Shown: in pieces, positions 28,605 through 37,449 of the stretch
Layout of the letters: each line of letters begins with the position of its first letter
Numbering within the stretch: the stretch's first letter is position 1
Notes under the pieces: generated by a model
Told to the model about the DNA's origin: nothing
Databases searched by the model: none
The model's input: only the letters and a program-made list of their open reading frames with translations
Program-made: the position numbers and the translations under genes
Assembly: GCA_964419165.1 (NCBI GenBank)
Contig: CAYQOL010000001.1
Span: 1-62,089 of the forward strand
Length of the DNA stretch: 62,089 nt
Reading direction: 5' to 3'
DNA from: an uncultured Candidatus Saccharimonas sp.
Lineage (GTDB): Bacteria > Patescibacteriota > Saccharimonadia > Saccharimonadales > Saccharimonadaceae

Positions 28605-29276
28605 ATGCTGGTAGTAAAAAATCTTACGAAAACTTATTCAAGCCCCAGTGGCGATGTCACGGCTCTCAATAATATCAGTCTGAGTGTCAATACGGGCGAA
28701 TTCGCAAGCATAATCGGTAAATCCGGTAGCGGTAAAAGTACTTTGTTAAGTATGTTGGGCGCCTTGGACATTCCATCAAGTGGCAGTGTCGAAGTCGACG
28801 GAGTGGATATTTCCAAAATGTCCGCAAGTAAACAGACTACTTATCGTGCTAAAAAAATCGGTTTTATTTTTCAATATTACAATCTTATTCCAAACTTGTC
28901 GGCATTAGAAAACGTTATGCTAGCACTAGAATTCGGCGGCATACCAAACAAGAAACGTAAAGAAAAAGCCGTAGAATTACTTAAAGACGTCGGCATAAAA
29001 CCCGACGAACAACTCAGGAAACCATCACGACTTAGTGGTGGTCAACAACAGCGCGTCGCGATTGCCAGAGCCCTTGCTAACGAACCCGCCATCATACTTG
29101 CTGACGAACCGACCGGCAATCTGGACAGCGAAACCGGAAAGAAAATCTTTGATCTACTTCACAGCTTGTCCCGCAGTAAAAATACGACAATCCTAGCCGT
29201 AACTCATGATATGGACATAGCAGGCAGGACCGACGTAACTTTCAAGCTCAAAGACGGCAAATTAACTAGCGATTGA
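28605..29276 (+). CDS. ABC transporter ATP-binding protein (MacB/LolD type)
   Basis: Walker [10 protein letters not shown], signature [15 protein letters not shown] and Walker [12 protein letters not shown]. Confidence 0.9.
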   Translation: MLVVKNLTKTYSSPSGDVTALNNISLSVNTGEFASIIGKSGSGKSTLLSMLGALDIPSSGSVEVDGVDISKMSASKQTTYRAKKIGFIFQYYNLIPNLSALENVMLALEFGGIPNKKRKEKAVELLKDVGIKPDEQLRKPSRLSGGQQQRVAIARALANEPAIILADEPTGNLDSETGKKIFDLLHSLSRSKNTTILAVTHDMDIAGRTDVTFKLKDGKLTSD

Positions 29277-31584
29277 TCTTTTCGCGCTTTTTCAGGCGCT
29301 TTCCGGCCAAACTAGCTAATTGCCATTGCAAGAAAGCCGTCGTGATTATCACGATAATCAAGGGTAATGTATCTCGCCAAGCAGGAGCCGTAAAATCAAA
29401 GAAATCCCTGATAAAACCGACTCCGAAACTTGTAACAAGTACTATACCGACCAACAAAACGTAGATAACATTAGCTATAACAGATTTTTTCGTCTTCTTA
29501 ACATCAAACATACGAGGCACCAAAAACACCAGATAAATGCCAAAGAATATCGCGATAATTACAGTAGTGGTCGAAACGCCTTCAGGATTATTCGGATACA
29601 ATACGTCCAACATTTTGTACGTTACCGCCGCGACCATACCGGAAAGCGCAGCTATCGGGGTAACCGCCATCAGCGTATCGCGCCAAAAGTATTTTGGTGA
29701 CAGACGATGATTTGAGTGGGGCGTATAAAATGTCCACATAAGCGTTGGTAAGGTAACTAGGAAAAAATTCATAAAAGTAATGTGACGAGGCTGAAAAGGG
29801 TACGTAAGACCAAGCACTAACGCAGAAAATAACAACATAACCCCGTATATTATCTTGTGAAAGAATAAGGTAGCAATCAGTTCGATAGCTTGAATTATCC
29901 GATTGCCTAGTTTCATACCCAAAGGCAATGAGTCGAAAGAATTGTTCAATATCACGATATCGGCCACACGTCTAGTGGCAGGTGCACCCGAATACATTGC
30001 TACTCCTAGGTCGGACTTTTTCAAGGCCAAAGCGTCATTAACGCCATCGCCGACCATACCTGTAAACTTACCTAGTCTTCGAAACGTAGAAATTAGTTTC
30101 TCTTTCTGTTCCGGCAAGACCCTCGCGAAAATCGCCGTGTGATTTATTATCTTAGCCCAATCATTCTCGTCTATTTTTTTCAGATCATCTCCGGTTAAAA
30201 TTTTGTCATAATTAGCAATTTTTGCTTGTTTGGCTATATATTTTACCGTATTAGGACTGTCTCCACTGATTACCCTGATACTAACACCATTATTCTGCAT
30301 AAACTCAACCGTATCTTCAACGCTCTCCCTGAATTCGTTTGACAAAACGATAAAGCCGGCGGCTTTGCCCGAGCCTTCGGGAATATCTTTAATTGAAATT
30401 TTGCTATCAAACACCGCGACTAATATTACCCTCTTACCAACGGATGCCAAAGAGTCGATTCTTTTTTGTTCTTCAGTAGATATGTTGGTTAATTTACTGA
30501 CGAATTCCGACGCACCCATAACCAAGGACTGGACCTTGCCACCGTAAGAAACCTTTACGCCGCTCATTTTACGTTCGGATGAAAAAGCCAGAGTCTGTTT
30601 GACTTCGTATTCTTTGGGTGTCTTAAAAGCTTCCGATATCGCCTTTGCAGTGGAACTGCCACTATCGGTTTCTTTGTTGGTGATGGCAATCAATTCTTGA
30701 AAATTATCGATTGGTTCACCCAGTAATTCCAATCTTTCAAAGGTTATCTTGTCGCTAGTTAACGTACCTGTCTTGTCTACGCATAATACATTCAACAAGG
30801 CCATTGCTTCGATAGCCGATAATTTTTGAGGTAATACCTTCGCAGCCGCAAGCCTAATGGACCCGTACGCCAACAGTAATGAACTAGCAAGCAAAAGTCC
30901 TTCGGGTATAACCGAAACGGCAGCCGAAGTTATCGTCTTGACGATAGATACCGCATCTCTCCCTTGCAGGGAATAAATTACGAAAATCAATAATGCCAAC
31001 AGCATAGCCCCGTAAGTCAGCCAATTTATTGAACGCAATATATCGCGCTGCAATGGAGTCAGATTAGGTTTATAGCGCTTCAGGGTCGATGTCATACTGC
31101 CAGCTCTGGTATCTTGTCCTATTGCCTTGACGATCATCGTGGCTTCGCCGGCAACAACCAGACTAGCCGCATAAACAGTGTCGTTTTCCTTCTTATCAAT
31201 CGAAGCCGATTCACCGGTTAATATACTTTCATTAACCTCCAGACCTTCACTTTCAGTTACCTCGCCGTCCGCAGGTATTTCGTCACCAAATTTAATCCTT
31301 ATGACGTCACCGGGTTTTAAAACATCGAACATAACTTCTTCGATACGACCATTATCCATAATACGTCGAGCTTTCGGCGCACTTAGCAGTTCTAATTTTC
31401 GCAGAGCTCTTTTTGCTCTGATTTCCTGAACAACGGCTATCATCGTGTTTAATAAGATAACCGAAGAAATAAACAGGGCGTCACGCATCTCACTCAGAAA
31501 AGCGAGCACCAAAGCCAAAGATAAAATCGCAATAACAGTTGGCGAAATGAAATTTCGTCGCAAAATATCCAATATATCTTTCAT
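29266..31584 (-). CDS. cation-translocating P-type ATPase (772 aa)
   Basis: TGES, CVDKTGTLT (phospho-Asp) and GDGVNDALAL motifs, with a C-terminal TM bundle. Confidence 0.85.
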   Translation of the reverse strand: MKDILDILRRNFISPTVIAILSLALVLAFLSEMRDALFISSVILLNTMIAVVQEIRAKRALRKLELLSAPKARRIMDNGRIEEVMFDVLKPGDVIRIKFGDEIPADGEVTESEGLEVNESILTGESASIDKKENDTVYAASLVVAGEATMIVKAIGQDTRAGSMTSTLKRYKPNLTPLQRDILRSINWLTYGAMLLALLIFVIYSLQGRDAVSIVKTITSAAVSVIPEGLLLASSLLLAYGSIRLAAAKVLPQKLSAIEAMALLNVLCVDKTGTLTSDKITFERLELLGEPIDNFQELIAITNKETDSGSSTAKAISEAFKTPKEYEVKQTLAFSSERKMSGVKVSYGGKVQSLVMGASEFVSKLTNISTEEQKRIDSLASVGKRVILVAVFDSKISIKDIPEGSGKAAGFIVLSNEFRESVEDTVEFMQNNGVSIRVISGDSPNTVKYIAKQAKIANYDKILTGDDLKKIDENDWAKIINHTAIFARVLPEQKEKLISTFRRLGKFTGMVGDGVNDALALKKSDLGVAMYSGAPATRRVADIVILNNSFDSLPLGMKLGNRIIQAIELIATLFFHKIIYGVMLLFSALVLGLTYPFQPRHITFMNFFLVTLPTLMWTFYTPHSNHRLSPKYFWRDTLMAVTPIAALSGMVAAVTYKMLDVLYPNNPEGVSTTTVIIAIFFGIYLVFLVPRMFDVKKTKKSVIANVIYVLLVGIVLVTSFGVGFIRDFFDFTAPAWRDTLPLIIVIITTAFLQWQLASLAGKRLKKREKINR

Positions 31585-31736
31585 TTGTCATAATTATATA
31601 GCTTATAGCGGGCAAAAACTACACGTTCGCGACAAAGAAATAATCACAACGTTTTTATAATTATATTAAGCTTTGATTCAGCTAATCCTGACATAATATA
31701 GGTGCAATATTAAAGTCAAAGAGGAGGATTCATAAA

Positions 31737-32213
31737 ATGAAAACTACCATCACCGACCGAAAAATTTTGCTAAGTAAAAAAGGTATCAAAGAGCTTAAAA
31801 AAGCGATTATCCAACTAGAGCAAGATAGGCGAAAGGCCCTTGCCGAACTGCGCGATCTGGAAAAAACATTCGGGCACGACGAGCGGTTAGAGCGTATCGA
31901 AAAACTAGCTACACTTGATAACATTGAGACCGAATTGAATGAAAAAAAGTTCATACTTGCAAACGCAAAATTAATACCATCAAAACGCGAAAGGTTGAAG
32001 GTTGCTATCGGATCTGTCGTCGATCTCATCGATATGCGCGGACATATATTACGCTTTACGATAGTTGACAGTATCGAGGCTAATCCGAGCGACGGACGGA
32101 TATCGATTTTAAGCCCGCTTGGGAAAAGCCTATTAGGACGAACTGTAAAGGATATAATCAAGTGGGGGACCGGTAAAAGAACTAATCAGTTTCAGCTGGT
32201 ACGCATTACGTAA
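31737..32213 (+). CDS. greA: GreA/GreB-family transcript cleavage factor
   Basis: N-terminal coiled coil and a C-terminal domain with IS..SPLGKSLLGR.V.D. Strong SD AGAGGAGG. Confidence 0.75.
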   Translation: MKTTITDRKILLSKKGIKELKKAIIQLEQDRRKALAELRDLEKTFGHDERLERIEKLATLDNIETELNEKKFILANAKLIPSKRERLKVAIGSVVDLIDMRGHILRFTIVDSIEANPSDGRISILSPLGKSLLGRTVKDIIKWGTGKRTNQFQLVRIT

Positions 32214-32229
32214 AAATTAAAAATACAAA

Positions 32230-32253
32230 AACGCTCGGCTTTACCCGAGCGTT
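32230..32253. terminator. bidirectional hairpin terminator
   Basis: AACGCTCGG-N6-CCGAGCGTT, flanked by an A-run upstream and a T-run downstream. Confidence 0.65.
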
Positions 32254-32277
32254 TTATATTTGATTAACATTAAGTCT

Positions 32278-32457
32278 AAAAAAAGTCACAAGTATGTTCC
32301 ATTCAGCAGCACACTCTATCGGGGACACTTTCGCCCGTTACAATCTAACGGGGAGAATGTCGCCTATGGCGTTCGGCTGACCCCAGGGTCCGTCGAATGA
32401 CGGCCTTTGGGTCACAGTCTGCTAAATAGAACATACTTGCGGCCCTTTCCACTCACC
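32278..32457 (-). ncRNA. unclassified structured RNA element (3' UTR element or independent sRNA)
   Basis: GC-rich island. A 21-bp closing helix pairs 32419..32439 with 32289..32309, including 2 G-U pairs that are valid only on the minus strand. Irregular hairpin at 32378..32414 and nested hairpins at 32324..32371. U7 follows directly on the minus strand (A-run 32278..32284). Confidence 0.45.
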
Positions 32458-32459
32458 AA

Positions 32460-32708
32460 TTATGACGCGATGCTTAACAATATCCAGTTACTGCCATCAT
32501 CACTCCTTAAACGATACTCCGATACGCCGTCAGACATCGTAAATATTTCGGCAATCCGTTCGCCTTGACGAATTAAACAACGTAAACCAGCATCAATGAA
32601 ATGATGAGTTACGCCATTAAATTCAATCCGGCGCGGATAAGCGGCAAGATTTTTCCGAAACCCCATTGACGTTACATATACTTTTTCGTTGATTTCCACT
32701 TTACTCAT
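32460..32708 (-). CDS. hypothetical protein (82 aa)
   Basis: SD GGGGGA 8 nt before the ATG. Globular-looking sequence (..YPRRIEFNGVTHHFID..YRLRSDDGSNWILL). No family recognised. Confidence 0.55.
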   Translation of the reverse strand: MSKVEINEKVYVTSMGFRKNLAAYPRRIEFNGVTHHFIDAGLRCLIRQGERIAEIFTMSDGVSEYRLRSDDGSNWILLSIAS

Positions 32709-32987
32709 AACAATTCCCCCAAAAATTAGATTAATTAAAACTGCCGGCTTGATTAAATCAGTCAGCGAACGGTTTGGTGGGTTAGTTAGCAGGGGATAGG
32801 AAAGCGATACCGTTCAAATTCGCGTTCTTTTTACCCGTAACTATTTATTATGTGCGTCTGTCAGTGGCTAGTTACATTCAGCTTGACGACGTAAATGGTG
32901 GCTTGTATATAAGCCTGTAAGTGGAAAGGTTACCCAGTACTTACATAGCTGTCCCAATTATATATTGTCGATTACTTGAGCAGTCAA
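32709..32987 (-). promoter_or_regulatory. promoter plus ~250-nt structured 5' leader of the 82-aa ORF
   Basis: Minus strand has TTGACT (32987..32982), 17 nt, then TATATA/TATAAT (32964..32957). The leader contains several hairpins (GUAAGU..ACUUAC, GGCUU..AAGCC, GUAACUA..UAGUUAC, GAACGG..CCGUUC) and a UCCCC tract that could mask the SD. Confidence 0.35.
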
Positions 32988-33075
32988 TCACAAAATCTAT
33001 GTGAAAATTACTTCAATAACATAGTTTATAAGTAGCTTAATATTAACGATCTATCTTAATGATAAAGTAGTTTTG

Positions 33076-34218
33076 TTATTCCCTTTTGGCTTCGACACCA
33101 ATAGCTTGACTAATGTGAGTAAAGCCGTCTTGTTCAAGCAAACGGGGTAGGTCATTATTAATCTGCGCGGCTAATTGCGGACCGTTAAATATCATACCTG
33201 TAATTATTTCAATCAAACTGGCGCCTAGTTTAATTTTCACATAAGCATCTTCGGCCGAAAATATGCCGCCGACACCAATTATCGTCAGTTTTTTGCCATA
33301 ACTCAAATACGTTTGACGGATAAGTTCATTACTCAGATCGAACGTCGGTCCGCCGCTTAGATTGCCTTTTATATTTTCAGGCAGACTTTCTTTTAGATTT
33401 GCTTTCGAGCGATCTTTTGCCAGATTAGCTATCGTCACGCCAGCAATTTTATGATTCACGATACAATCCAATAATTCTTTGAATTTATCCCACGACAAAT
33501 CAATCGGCATTTTTATAAACACCGGTTTTTTCAAACCGATTTTATCGACGGCGGATAATAATCTATCTAACCTTTCAGGCGTTGTAAAAGGTTCGCCACC
33601 ATAAGCATTAGGGCAAGAAATGTTTATCTCAATCATACTTATCGAAAGCTCATCCTTAGTGCGTTCCAAACTGGTCACATAATCATTAATACCTTCTCGT
33701 TCACTAACAACCTTACTACCGTTGGTTTTAGCGACCGATAACACGACAGGCATACCGCCGATAGATTCCGAATCATAGCTTCTAAGGCGTTTTATAACAA
33801 TTTCAGAACCGTCATTAGCCAATCCAGCATTAACAACCAGAGATTTCGTTTTTGGCAAGCGATGAAACCAAGGGCGGGGATTCCCTGTACACTTTTGTGC
33901 CGTAACTGAACCGACCGTAGCAAATCCGAAACCCAGCGCTGAAATTGTCGGTACGATTTCACCGTTTTTGTCCAAACCGGCTGCCAATCCGACGGGATTA
34001 GTAAATTTAATATCTTTTAAATTTTGGAACAAGCTTTCATTTGGTTTTTCTAAGAAAGTATATTCCGTAAGCGACCTCAAAAACGATATACGACCCATAA
34101 CCGATGCGAAACGTATCATAGAACCGTGCACCGAATCAGCCGACATCATAAATATTAATGGCTTTGCTAAATAAACATAGCAAAAATTTATGATTTCCCA
34201 TACTATCCGCCTAATCAT
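33076..34218 (-). CDS. pyrD: dihydroorotate dehydrogenase, class 2 (quinone-type) architecture
   Basis: N-terminal hydrophobic extension, with GLAAGLDKNGE, N.SCPN and GVGGI motifs. Confidence 0.85.
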   Translation of the reverse strand: MIRRIVWEIINFCYVYLAKPLIFMMSADSVHGSMIRFASVMGRISFLRSLTEYTFLEKPNESLFQNLKDIKFTNPVGLAAGLDKNGEIVPTISALGFGFATVGSVTAQKCTGNPRPWFHRLPKTKSLVVNAGLANDGSEIVIKRLRSYDSESIGGMPVVLSVAKTNGSKVVSEREGINDYVTSLERTKDELSISMIEINISCPNAYGGEPFTTPERLDRLLSAVDKIGLKKPVFIKMPIDLSWDKFKELLDCIVNHKIAGVTIANLAKDRSKANLKESLPENIKGNLSGGPTFDLSNELIRQTYLSYGKKLTIIGVGGIFSAEDAYVKIKLGASLIEIITGMIFNGPQLAAQINNDLPRLLEQDGFTHISQAIGVEAKRE

Positions 34219-34422
34219 ACCTATTAATTATCTCAGATTTAATCGAAAAACCATATTAAAATTTACATAGTTAATAGTAAGCGTCAAATGTAAGTGACTA
34301 TGCGTTGCTCAACCTTGATTCGAAATGTATTATTTATTTCGTGAGAACCAAATGATTCCTTTTCTTAACAAGATAAAATATGATATACTGGCATAGTATA
34401 TTAGCATTAGCAATAAACAAAA

Positions 34423-35508
34423 ATGAATTTGAAACACTGGTTTCTACCTAACAGAATGAATAAATTTCACCCGGTTGCACTCAGACCGGTCGGTTTGCTG
34501 ATATTTTTGGCTATTTTTGTCGCGATAGCACCCGTTTATAACATTATTACCGCTGGCAAACCTCAAGTATTAGGCTACGCTACGAACATAAACGTCGGTG
34601 ATTTGTTTAATATTAGTAATCAAGAGAGGATAAATAACGGACTGCCGGCTCTGAGCTTAAACACGCAACTTTCTAGCGCGGCACTTGCAAAAGCCAATGA
34701 TATGTTTGCCGACAACTACTGGGCCCATGTCGCACCGGACGGTACCACGCCTTGGTCTTTTATTCTAGCTAGTGGATACGATTACACTTCAGCGGGTGAA
34801 AACTTAGCTAAAGATTTCAGCACCTCAGCAGGAGTCGTCAATGGTTGGATGGGTAGCCCCAGCCATAGGGCAAACGTGTTAAATTCGAGTTACGCTGACG
34901 TAGGCTATGCCGTCGTAAACGGAGTACTGCTCGGATCAGAAACGACGTTAGTGGTAGCAGAGTACGGTCAACCAGTACAACAGACGGTCGCATCGACCAC
35001 GCCAGCTTCGGAGGAACAACCACTGGCTCCACAAGAGCAGCAAGAATCGGCACCGACTTATTCCCAACCGCAAGAACCTAGCCCTTCGTCGGTCCAAGAC
35101 GAATCATCACAAACCGAGTCACAAACTCAAACTGAAACCGTAGCCTTAACAGAAATCAATACGAACACCGAATCATCCGATACGACAATCACCGAAACCC
35201 CGAAGAACGAACCGATATCCACAAAAACCAAAGATAAAAATATCGCCACGGACACGGCTGCCGTATTAGGAGCGGTAATATCAGTACCGCTGACTAAATA
35301 TATTTCTCTTAACTGGGGTCAAAAAGCATCGTTACTATTGGCAAGTACGATAATACTGCTATTCATTATGAAACATACTTTGGTATGGCGTGAACAAAAA
35401 AGGGGAATCAAAAATGTCTGGTTACGGGCTCATCCGCTAGGTCAGGTAGCTGTACTAGTCGTTGCAATTATCATTACTTTAGCTAACGGGATAGGAGTAG
35501 TGCTATGA
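34423..35508 (+). CDS. CAP/SCP (YkwD-like) domain protein with a low-complexity linker and C-terminal TM segments
   Basis: N-terminal TM. CAP motifs (L..AA.AKA.DM....YW.H....G..PW; GEN.A; W..S..HR.N.L). Q/E/S/T/P-rich spacer. Confidence 0.8.
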   Translation: MNLKHWFLPNRMNKFHPVALRPVGLLIFLAIFVAIAPVYNIITAGKPQVLGYATNINVGDLFNISNQERINNGLPALSLNTQLSSAALAKANDMFADNYWAHVAPDGTTPWSFILASGYDYTSAGENLAKDFSTSAGVVNGWMGSPSHRANVLNSSYADVGYAVVNGVLLGSETTLVVAEYGQPVQQTVASTTPASEEQPLAPQEQQESAPTYSQPQEPSPSSVQDESSQTESQTQTETVALTEINTNTESSDTTITETPKNEPISTKTKDKNIATDTAAVLGAVISVPLTKYISLNWGQKASLLLASTIILLFIMKHTLVWREQKRGIKNVWLRAHPLGQVAVLVVAIIITLANGIGVVL

Positions 35509-35759
35509 AAAGAAAACATTACAGATCACTCAAGATACACACTATCTATAATGTCATTATCTCTATCACTTTCGTCGTAGTAATCTTATTGGAACGCGAC
35601 GCCTCACTACTAGCAGCGACGGTATTTTTATTGTTTTATCTAGCAGGCAACGGGATAATTCACACCAACAAAAACAAACTGGATCACGATACGCTGATAG
35701 AATATATACTCTTATCAGGAATTGCTCTACTGTTACTTTTCAATGCACTAGTTAGATAG
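35505..35759 (+). CDS. small membrane protein (84 aa)
   Basis: ATGA overlap with the CAP gene. Three hydrophobic segments. Confidence 0.4.
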   Translation: MKRKHYRSLKIHTIYNVIISITFVVVILLERDASLLAATVFLLFYLAGNGIIHTNKNKLDHDTLIEYILLSGIALLLLFNALVR

Positions 35760-36818
35760 GTCAGTTTCGTATTTTGGTCCAAACGGCGAAAATAACAATT
35801 TCACGAATCCTAAAATATATACCATAACTTCAAACATCAGACCTATCGGCGCAATAAGCACCAGATTGATATTATCAATCAATGAGTACCCTTTTATCCG
35901 TACCTGTATGAATACACCGATTAAAATATAGATAAAAACAATAAACAACACCGCCACTAATAAATCGTAAGGTTTAAGAAATATCGTCGAAGCGACCACT
36001 ATACCTATCATAACGACGAACATAACGATACCAACCCTATTCTTCATACTATTCATAGCTTTATCGATTTTGTAGTTCAAATAGTCAAGCATTTTATTAA
36101 CGACGATTTTTTTGTAAATATAAATCTGAGTACAAACATTCAATCTGACTGGTTTTTCATTAAAAGCGTCACTTAGGATTGCTTCCCTAGAATATATTAC
36201 TCCCGAACGTAGCGGCGCAAGCACCGTCTTTACACCGAACAGTCGAGCTTTTAATTGGCGTAAAATAACGAAATGCGCCTGGAATAGACTAGAGAGCGTA
36301 TTGTTCAATTTAATCTGATGATTAGGTAAAATAACACCAATTCCGTCTGCCTTTAGTGCCTCGACTGAAACCGCCTCGAAAAAGTCTTTCGACAGTCTGT
36401 CGCTATCGTTCAAGACAATAATCAATTGGCTCGATAAATATCGACGTAACATACTTTTGATGGTCGTGTTTTTCGATCGGTTCAAAATCCTAATATTACC
36501 CAGACGATTTTCACCTATATATTCGGCGACCTGCATACGGGATGCTTTGTCAGTAGCTTTATCGGCGACGATTACGATTTTCAATTTATCATAATCGAAT
36601 CCGCGCAGATGTCCAATAAACTCAACCATCGATTCAGCAGAGCCATCCAATTCAACGATAACGCCGATGGATTTTTCGCACTGCTTTTTTGCAATTACTA
36701 TCAACCGGCGCTGCAAATCTTTCATATGACCAATTTCTTTATTATCAACAAACACTTCCATAACGACGAATAAAACTAATGATATCGCAGCAATTATTGA
36801 GATTAAGGTTAACGTCAT
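35748..36818 (-). CDS. membrane protein with GT2-like glycosyltransferase domain (tentative)
   Basis: N-terminal TM, a cytoplasmic domain with LNDSD (DxD-like), and C-terminal TMs. Overlaps the sortase stop by 4 nt. Confidence 0.45.
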   Translation of the reverse strand: MTLTLISIIAAISLVLFVVMEVFVDNKEIGHMKDLQRRLIVIAKKQCEKSIGVIVELDGSAESMVEFIGHLRGFDYDKLKIVIVADKATDKASRMQVAEYIGENRLGNIRILNRSKNTTIKSMLRRYLSSQLIIVLNDSDRLSKDFFEAVSVEALKADGIGVILPNHQIKLNNTLSSLFQAHFVILRQLKARLFGVKTVLAPLRSGVIYSREAILSDAFNEKPVRLNVCTQIYIYKKIVVNKMLDYLNYKIDKAMNSMKNRVGIVMFVVMIGIVVASTIFLKPYDLLVAVLFIVFIYILIGVFIQVRIKGYSLIDNINLVLIAPIGLMFEVMVYILGFVKLLFSPFGPKYETDLSN

Positions 36819-37435
36819 TTTGCCTCCTTTAAATCAAAGAACATTAAGCGACGAGTCAAACTCCAAACGCCTTCACACGTCATTATTGTCAGTCGTGGCG
36901 TGTCTGGGTCTTCGCGCAGAATACTTGTATAATTCGGCTTGACCGACAAATCACCAGTGTATAAATAAGTGAAAGTATGCCCGTTTTTGGTTGTAATCGT
37001 AACCTCATCACCAACGACCAAATATGTCAATTTTCCTATCACCGAATCGCGATTATGACCATAGATAAATGTGTTGCCACGTTGATTGTTCGGCAAAGCC
37101 GTACCGTAACCGAAATATATTGCATCGTCTGAGGTTGTCCAATCGTCGGTATTAGTGTCATAGTAACCATATTTTATTGGCAAATTAATACCCAACCTTT
37201 GCATCGTGAATGTCTGCGGTTCACCGTCTATGATTACTTTTGTAACGATATTTCCGTAATTGATATTTTTCTTGACGTAAACAATCCCAGACGGAACCAT
37301 AATGATTTCATCTTGGCGATTAATCGTAGCTGCGGCATAACAACCTAGTAACACCAACCAGCCAACAATCACGTACAAAGATACCACCCTTAGAAAGAGT
37401 GGCATCCTTGCCGTAATGTTACGATTTATTTGCAT
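36815..37435 (-). CDS. sortase-family transpeptidase
   Basis: N-terminal TM, IYGHNR (catalytic His), LTIMTCEG (TLxTC Cys motif) and a downstream Arg. Confidence 0.8.
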   Translation of the reverse strand: MQINRNITARMPLFLRVVSLYVIVGWLVLLGCYAAATINRQDEIIMVPSGIVYVKKNINYGNIVTKVIIDGEPQTFTMQRLGINLPIKYGYYDTNTDDWTTSDDAIYFGYGTALPNNQRGNTFIYGHNRDSVIGKLTYLVVGDEVTITTKNGHTFTYLYTGDLSVKPNYTSILREDPDTPRLTIMTCEGVWSLTRRLMFFDLKEAK

Positions 37436-37449
37436 ATTTTAGTTATTTA

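Noticed and set aside
32278-32457. Retron msr-msd RNA, because of the long terminal helix resembling a1/a2 pairing
   Set aside because: No reverse transcriptase or effector gene lies anywhere nearby. The neighbours are an 82-aa ORF, greA and pyrD. There is also no obvious branching-G context.
32278-32457. Identity as SRP RNA, RNase P RNA, tmRNA or 6S RNA
   Set aside because: The element lacks the SRP helix-8 core (GGAA tetraloop with AGCAGC). It lacks the RNase P P4 motifs (GGAAAGUCC / ACAGAAnnCGGCUUA in the correct order). It has no tRNA-like acceptor/T-arm 3' end, and it is a multi-stem junction rather than a 6S-type rod. A weak AACUGCCGGCUUGA at 32748..32761 is on the wrong strand and in the wrong position for RNase P CR-V.
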